DNA of 63,439 bases, filler included, from Octopus bimaculoides (Eukaryota): assembly GCF_001194135.2 (NCBI RefSeq). It is 6 parts of 6 records of this genome, joined end to end, with 100 filler letters (N's around TTAATTAATTAA, not from the genome) between each part and the next. Parts side by side here need not be neighbours in the genome. Positions count along the whole stretch, not along the records: positions 55,955 to 59,359 come from NW_026401002.1; positions 59,460 to 62,284 come from NC_069007.1; positions 62,385 to 63,439 come from NW_026307806.1; 3 more parts are not named here. The stretch is one strand, 5' to 3'. Of the stretch, positions 56,140 through 63,439 are shown piece after piece. Positions within the stretch are counted from its first letter, which is position 1, and each line of letters begins with the position of its first letter. Made by a program: the position numbers and the translations under genes. Under the pieces are notes generated by a model. That model was given only the letters and a program-made list of their open reading frames with translations, made no database searches and had not been told where the DNA came from.

Positions 56140-58990
56140 CTTGTTTACAATTAAAACAGAAGAAATAAGTAAATAGTTACCAGGGCAGCAAAAAATCACA
56201 CAAGTAACAAGGACATAACACCCTGTTTGTAAAGGTAGAAACTCCAGGTTGATGTGAAATATTTTCTATAATATATATAAATAAGTAAATGGAGTTAAAT
56301 GCAGGTGTTAGTCAAATACTTTTACTTCCAACATATGTTTCGAAGACAACATTAGTATTACTCCAAAAGGAATAAAATGGTGTAAGACAATGTAATCTCC
56401 TCATCAGGGAAAGAAAGAGACCAATCACATTAATAAGACATTGTAACAGAATGTGATGTATGTGTATAATGATGAATGGAACGCTATTAAGTTTTCATTA
56501 AAAACCGTTAGTAGATATGACATCAAAGGTAGCCTATAGAAAAAGAAAGGTATAAGCATAAAACTAATAAAGGAGAAATATAGAGCGATATGTGAATTAA
56601 AATAAAAGCTTAAGGGCTTAGAAATAGATACATCTACTGGAAGTGAAATGTAAGGAGAAACACAATGTTCAAATTATATAGAATGTTAGAAATCACTTAT
56701 ATGAACTAAAGGTATGTTTCCGTCAATGTTTACATCTGTAAGTACACTCTATAAACGTGTTTACAAGGGGATTCTTAGAAAATAGAATATAAAAGAACTT
56801 ACTATTACAGAGTTGGCAGAATCCTTTGCCTCTATTGTATAGGAATGAAAGAGAGAGAATCAACCAATCTAAATTAAATTGTTTATTGTGGTCTTTTAGA
56901 TACCAAATTAATTTACTAAGCCCTGTATTGTTATGTTTATTCCTATCCCTAAATGTAGAGCAATGATTAGAAATTCTTTTAGATAACTGATAAGAAAAAC
57001 TGCCTATATAAAAAAGACATTGATATCATAAGTAATTTTACACTGGTATATACAGTTTTTAGTCTTAGAATTACTAGATATAAACTTAATTCTGTTGGAA
57101 TTGACTTCAGAGACAATAACCTTGTTGTTAGTATTACTAGGGGAATGGTTAGTATTAGCTAAATTAATGTTAGTATTTTCAGTAATCTGATTCTTATTTA
57201 ACAGACTAATATTATGTGAAGAGATAATTTGTGAAAGATTTTTTGTGTTAGACAAACTAATCCCAATGGTGCGCGAGTTGATAATCGAGTAATACCTAGA
57301 ATTCTTTGGAAAGTTCTTAATAACAGCTTCACAAAACTGGAAAGGAAGATTAGATTTAATTTGCCTCCCATAAGGAATAATCAACCAAATAGTTTTTCTA
57401 GTAGTTGCCTTATTGTTAGTGTCACTATCTTTAAAAGACTTCGATTTACCTTTAGAATGAAAAAAGGGTCTTAAATAATGGTTATCTCCCTTACGCTGTA
57501 AAAAACATTACCCTGTTTGGTGTTTGTGTCGAAATTAAAATTAAAATCATTCATATTGTTACAACTAGATTTTATGTCTCGATTACTAAAGGTAGAATAA
57601 GATTGAATAGAATTAATGTAGGTAACTTTCTCTATATAGCCTGCTTTAAGTAAGGCAGAGTTATAAAATTCAGCCTTGTCATTGAAAATGTCAACATTAG
57701 CAGATAACTTATACAATCTGAATGAAATATTTTAAACTAAATTCTTAGTGATTGCTCTAGAATGATTACAGAATTGGCTAATATACTTTAAATAGGTTGA
57801 TGGCTTGTGATATGGGAAGTACGAATTATTGTGTAAGTTAAGTGTAATATCTAAAAAGTTGGCTTTCATTACATTATCATCAAAAACGATGCCTAAGCCC
57901 ATTCTTTGGAAAAACATAACTAAACTATTCTTAACCTTTTGTACATTCGGTTAGAAATATTTTGAAGGTAGAGTAAACAATCATCACGATATAGCCCTCC
58001 ATTGATGCTTGGGAACTGGTCTGCCATTTCATAAGGTATATATATACCGACCAAATCAGCTATTTGTGCTGAATCAGAACTTCCCATCTTGACATGAAAA
58101 CCATCGGGTGTATCTTTACGGACACATAGGTTGTTATCAAATTTTATGATAGATTTTCTGGCAGCCAACACGACATTAATCTCTTCCCTGGTGAGACCAG
58201 CTTTGTTGTGAGCTAGCCAGAGTGCTTTATTAAGTACTATTGGGTTGATGGAGGATTAGAAACTAGAAACGTCAAACTGGATAATCTTAGTGCTCTTCTC
58301 TTTAGTAATAGAACTAAACCAGTCAATGACTTGGAATGAATTGGACCATAAACTAAGCTTTAATTTTTTAACTAAGGTAGGAATATATTTATCTAGAATA
58401 TTTTTACTAAGTACACTGATGTCAGAGCTAGAAGAACAGATAAGTCGTAAGGATGGTTTATTAAAAAAATTTTGTGATCTTTTAAAATAAAACGTGGTTG
58501 CTTAGGATCAAGTGGTTCTGTCTTCATGTGTAAGTCATACTTCTCCATAATTTTCTTAGCCTCAAGATTGTCTTTCCTGAGTGCACCTTATAGTTTTTTT
58601 AAATTTCTTTTTTAAGCAGTTCTAGGTAATAGTCCTTGGTAAGTTTGTACAGGTTTCCCGTTTTATCTGATTGAACCAGTATATTATCCATAGTGATATT
58701 GTGAAGATACCTCAGATGTTTATTCCTTAGGGGTGATCAGTGAAATTTTACATTCCTCACCATAGACCAGAAATCATCTACAAACTGTTTCAATTTTGGG
58801 TTAGGTGGAGGATTGTTTTTAGATTTAAATAAATTTTTAAATTGAGAAGTTAGATCATTAGTGGGCTATTGAAAGTCCTTATTGTTGAAGAAAAAGTGAC
58901 CCATTTGATATGGTTAATAAAGGAATTTGTCTTACTAATGAGTTGCTTAAGGAAAGCATTCTTTGGGGGAATGGGTATATCCTTAAGAGG
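56140..58990 (-). mobile_element. Decayed Penelope-like retroelement (RT plus C-terminal GIY-YIG endonuclease, Naiad-like)
   Basis: Collinear frameshifted motifs: ILKDHK, IIQFDVSSF*SSI, MGSSDSAQIADLVG, GLYRDDCL, ANFLDITLNL, FPYHKP...NHS, CIY...YIG, LSKLIWYLKD, FCQLCN, CKH; ORF ends at 56693. Confidence 0.9.
56321..56415 (-). ncRNA. Type I hammerhead ribozyme in the 3' region (pLTR) of the Penelope-like element
   Basis: Minus strand: TTTCC-CTGATGA-[59-nt stem II, 12/13 pairs]-GAAAC-ATAT-GTT-GGAAG. All core nucleotides present; palindromic stem III AACATATGTT. Confidence 0.85.
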
Positions 58991-59004
58991 TGTGTTTATA
59001 TTAA

Positions 59005-59050
59005 ACTAGCAGAGATACCCGGCCTTGCTTGGGATTAAAATGGCATAGAT
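59005..59050 (-). mobile_element. Helitron 3' terminus, same family as 14194-14284
   Basis: Minus strand CCCAAGCAAGGCCGGGTATCTCTGCTAGT, 25/29 identical to the 3' end of the 14.2-kb element. Confidence 0.65.
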
Positions 59051-59459
59051 TTTTATTGCTTTACTTGTTTCAGTTATGTGACTGTCGCCATGGTGGAGCA
59101 CAGCCGTTGGTCGAAGAAATCAACCACAGGATTTATTCTTTGTAAGCATAGTACTCATTGTGTCAGTGTCTTTTACCAAACCACTAAGTTACGGGAATGT
59201 AAACACAGCAACATCAGTTATCAAGCAATGGTGGGGGGTACAAACACAAGACACAGGTACACACATATACAAATATACACATATATATATATTAGCAGTA
59301 TAACCCGATCATGTCCGGGTGTGACTTATTACGCCATCTACGATAAGTCTTGCTAGGTGNNNNNNNNNNNNNNNNNNNNNNNNNNNNNNNNNNNNNNNNN
59401 NNNTTAATTAATTAANNNNNNNNNNNNNNNNNNNNNNNNNNNNNNNNNNNNNNNNNNNN

Positions 59460-60764
59460 GAGTTTAAATTCCGCCGAGGTCGACTTTGCTTTTCATCTTT
59501 TCGAGGTCGATAAATTAAGTACCAGTGAAATTCTGGGGTTAATGTACTAGACTAGTCCCCTCCCCCAAAATGTCAGGCCTTGTGCCTATAAAAGAAAGAA
59601 TTATTATTATTGGTAAGGCGGCGAGCTGGCTGAATCGTTAGCATGCCGGGCGAAAAGCTTGGCGGTATTTCATCTGACGCTACGTTCTGAGTTCAAATTC
59701 CGCTGAGGTCGACTTTGTCTTTTATTCTTCAGGGTTCGATAAATTAAGTACCAGTTGAGTACAGAGGTTGATGTAATCGACTTACCCCCTCCCCACAAAT
59801 TTCAGGCCTTGTACCTATAGTAGAAAGGATTATTATTATTATTATCGTCTTTATCATTTAAGGTAGCAAGCTTGCAGAATCATTAGCACACCGGGTAAGG
59901 TGCTAAGCGGTATTTCATGTGTCTTTACGTTTTGAGTTCAAATTCCGAAGAGGTCGACTTTGCCTTTCTTCCCTTTTGGGGTCGATAAAATAGAGACCAG
60001 CTGAACACTGGGGTCGATGTTATCAACTCACCCCCTCCCCCGAAATTGCTGGCCTTGTGCCAAAACTTGTAATCAATATTTACATGTAGAAAGGCACCGA
60101 GAAGGCAAAATGCTTAGCAGTATTTTGTCTTTACGCTCTGAGTTCAAATTCCGCCGAGGTCGCCTTTGCCTTTCATCCTTTCGGGGTCAGTAAAACAAGT
60201 ACCAGTTGAGCACTGGGGTCGATGTAATCAATTTACTTACTCCCCCAAAAATTGTAGGCCAAAATTTGAAACCAATTCTTAATTTCCAGTCGAAGACGCA
60301 CCTGATATCAGAGGAAGTATCGTGTATGCCCCGGGAGGAGAGATAGTGCACGTTGGTGGTGCAGTGCAGCACCGAGGGGAACTATATTTACCGGACATCT
60401 ATACAGATGCAGGGACGACGCAGCCAAATGGTCACCACGGAATCTGTAGTGAAGGACAACGCGCTGCTGAGGCAGGTAAGTGACATCACTGTATACATAC
60501 GTGCACACAGACAGACAGACAGACAGACACACACATAATTATGTAATTACATATATATCATTATTATTATTATTATTGAGTGAGAGAGCAGTGCATGCCA
60601 TCAAAGTGACACTGGGGTACAGATATACGAAGCCCTGTAGATCCATCATGACTACCCGTCTGATAAGGGTACACCAGGCACGTGCATCCCAACCATATGT
60701 GCGCGACATGGTGATCTCATATCAAGATTAACAGTGCATCATCATCATCATCATCATCATCATT

Positions 60765-60799
<35 letters not shown>

Positions 60800-61041
60800 T
60801 ATTATTATTATTATTATTATTATTACTGTTAGGCGAGCTGGCGAAATCGTTAGCGCGCCGGGATAAATGCTTAGCAGTATATCGCCCGTCTGCACATTCT
60901 GAGTTCAAATTCCGCCGAGGTCGACTTTGCCTTTCATCCTTTTGGAGGTCGATAAATTAAGTACCAGTTGTGTAATGGAGTCGATCTAATCGGCTGCCCC
61001 CCCCAAAAAAAATATCGATCCTTGTGCCAAGAGTAGAAAAG

Positions 61042-61082
<41 letters not shown>

Positions 61083-61085
61083 TAC
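59460..61085 (+). mobile_element. Five same-strand SINE family A copies (four directly head-to-tail, 59460-60275)
   Basis: Copies start near 59460, 59616, 59858, 60091 and 60832, most ending in (ATT)n. Confidence 0.85.
60290..60475 (+). CDS. Orphan exon candidate A (VEDAPDIRGSIVYAPGGEIVHVGGAVQHRGELYLPDIYTDAGTTQPNGHHGICSEGQRAAEA)
   Basis: GC-richer 186-nt block between TTTCCAG and G|GTAAGT; only the phase 1-1 frame is open on the plus strand. Confidence 0.45.
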
Positions 61086-61093
61086 TACTACAG

Positions 61094-61224
61094 AGAAGAG
61101 AAGTTCGACTTCGGAACCGACAGCATCAGAAGTGATCGAAATGTTGGCCACAAATGCTCAAAAGATGGCCAGTTTTGTTCTAGAGCAGGAAGGTTCCGGT
61201 TTGAATTTGGATTCTGACATCAGG
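61094..61224 (+). CDS. Orphan exon candidate B (EKRSSTSEPTASEVIEMLATNAQKMASFVLEQEGSGLNLDSDIR)
   Basis: CTACAG acceptor and AGG|GTGAGT donor; the phase-1 start matches the end of exon A; protein-like composition. Confidence 0.5.
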
Positions 61225-62252
61225 GTGAGTCAATTTAATTTCATCCAGTTTATCAATCTCTCAGTTGACCAACCTCTCAGTCCGCCAGTATTCGCTCAAC
61301 TCTCAGTTTTCGAAGCACAAACACTGAAAAACCCTTTGGGACAGAACAAGTTGAAGGCTCCTTGTAGTAAGAATGAAGTTTCTAAAATAGATTTAGACAT
61401 CCAAAGGATTGCTTTGCTTTAATCCAGGGGTTGGGGGACTTTTTTAACCAATTACCCCAAAATTTATTTATTTACACCAATGTTAACCCTTGATTTGAAA
61501 GGAAGAAAATAATAAATTCTTTGAATCCAAAAATTTTCTTGAATTTATTTATATGGAAAATACAATTATAGATATAAAAAGTATAAAACAAATGCAATAA
61601 AATAAATTAATATCCTAATTAGGAAACAAAAGGATTTTTCTAGAAACTTTTTCGCTTCAGGTTTTGGAGAAATGATGTTTCCTTTTTGTTACAATTGCTT
61701 CAAAATTGGGGCATTTTGATGCCAGAGCAATTTGGATACAGTCTTCGGGGTCCAATCGATTACCGTGCTTTGTTTTTATGTTCATTAGAGTGGAAAATCC
61801 TTGTTTGCAAAGGTAGGTTGTTGCAAAAGGCAGTAACTCTTTGACTGCCTCCTCAGAGCCACAAGAAAGATTTCTGTCGTAACAAGGAACACTTCTTTTT
61901 TTTATATATATATAATTTTACTTTTGTCTAGTGAGTCCTCATTACCACCAAGGATTTCATTTTTACCTCATTTAGTGTAATTTACCCCGGTTCGCCGAAC
62001 CCTGCTTTAGTCCAATGGTAGAATTCCTGTCATGCCTAGTGTTTTTCAAAACCATATTTACTTGCAGGTGAGATTCTGAACAACCCATTGGGGTGCAGAT
62101 GTGTCTCGTCAAGTGACTTTTCAAATGGTACCTCGCTCATTAAACTCGGTTTCGCTTGGGTCGATTGCTATACATTTCGTTATTTGCCTGTAGGGGTTAC
62201 GTGCAGGGGCTATCGTGGTTTCGAATGATTTGGAATGGAATGCAGTTCCTTG

Positions 62253-62284
<32 letters not shown>

Positions 62285-62384
62285 NNNNNNNNNNNNNNNN
62301 NNNNNNNNNNNNNNNNNNNNNNNNNNNNTTAATTAATTAANNNNNNNNNNNNNNNNNNNNNNNNNNNNNNNNNNNNNNNNNNNN

Positions 62385-63439
62385 ATATACAAAGTTCTTT
62401 TTTAATCTAAAATATACTCTCCTTCATTTTCTACGACACTCTTCCATCTATCTGGTAGATTTGCAAGGCCCCACTTCTTCCAAAATTCACTTGTCCGTGA
62501 TGAAAAATACTCCTCCATTACTGTTCTAACCTTGTCTACAAAATTCATATTTTTTCCATCCAAATTATTTTGAACACTACAGAATGAAAGATAATAATCA
62601 GATGGGGCAATGTCCAGCAAATATGGTAGGTGGAGCACCGTTTCCGCTTCAAACTTCTCCAGCCTTTGGAATGTCATCCTCGCTGTATGTGGCCAAGCAT
62701 TATCCTCATGGAAGAACACCTTACATCTTGAAACCAAAGATGGTCATTTTCCTTCTAGCGCTGACTTAAGCCACTCAAGTTACTCACAGTAGATCTCCTT
62801 TGTTATCATTTGGTTTGAGTTTAAAAGTTCAAAGTGGACTAAACCTTTCATATCCCAATAAACAAATAACAACACCTTATGTGGATGAAGACCTTCTTTA
62901 GCCTGCAGTGCCGGTGTTTCCCCTTTCCCCACCCACTATCTTCAGTGCTTGACATTTTTATAGAGAACCTATTTCTCATCACCAGTCACTATTTGGTCCA
63001 AAAATGTTCATTCGTGAGACATGACAGCAAAGAAGAGCAACATTCAATCTCTGCACACGATTAGACTTGAAAAGTTTATGAGGAACCCATTGACCCAATT
63101 TGCTGACTTTTCCAATGGCACACAGGTATCGATGAATGGTTGAATGACTAAATCCAAGCTTCTCTGCTAGTTCCTCAACAGTTATGATGGGATTTTGTTC
63201 CACCAGGGTTTGCACCACAGATCTTCCAGGATGAGGCTCATCTTCTAGGCTGTAGTTTCCAGCTTGGAATTTCTATTTCTGGAACCACTGTTGACACTGG
63301 CTTATGCTTATTGTGTGATGCCCATATCCTGCATTAATATTCTGCACACTTTCTATTGTGTTGTTGCCTTTATTGAACTCAAACAGCAAAATATGCCGAA
63401 TATGCTCTTTTGTTACTTCCATTATAGCTTTGAAAAAAT
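62385..63439 (-). mobile_element. Decayed mariner (DD34D) transposon; transposase pseudogene 62402-63422
   Basis: MEVTKEHIRHILLFEFNKG N-terminus, LEDEPHPGR, GQWVPHKL, FHEDNAWPH, PYLLDIAPSDY, LPDRWKSVVENEGEY; in-frame stops and frameshifts. Confidence 0.93.

Noticed and set aside
56723-56725. In-frame TGA in the Penelope-like endonuclease as possible selenocysteine (some Naiads encode selenoproteins)
   Set aside because: It falls at CKH*RK, where a non-Cys residue is expected. The copy has other stops and frameshifts, and I see no convincing SECIS in the 3' region.

Overview
AT-rich, microsatellite- and SINE-dense eukaryotic genomic DNA with many N gaps. The repeat families look like coleoid cephalopod, probably Octopus; this is an inference. 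Five identical 100-bp spacers (44 N + TTAATTAATTAA + 44 N) cut the window into six blocks whose adjacency is artificial. The 32-kb block 13982-45941 holds two minus-strand genes. The first is a complete 10-exon SIRT7 (32199-44283, about 736 aa). Its exon 8 is split by a spurious 30-N gap, and its C-terminal exon is about 330 aa longer than in vertebrates and carries two [DE]HxY HCF-1-binding-type motifs. The second is a 3'-truncated gene for a large low-complexity protein (14556-25689, weakly CCDC14-like). Other blocks contain a decayed Penelope-like (Naiad-type) retroelement with an apparently intact hammerhead ribozyme downstream of its ORF (56321-56415, minus), a decayed mariner, a hAT fragment, RTE LINE fragments, and an orphan pair of in-frame plus-strand exons (60290-61224). 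A 91-bp mini-Helitron, several MITEs and at least four SINE-like families are also present. No prokaryotic features, CRISPR arrays, rRNA or intact tRNA genes were seen.
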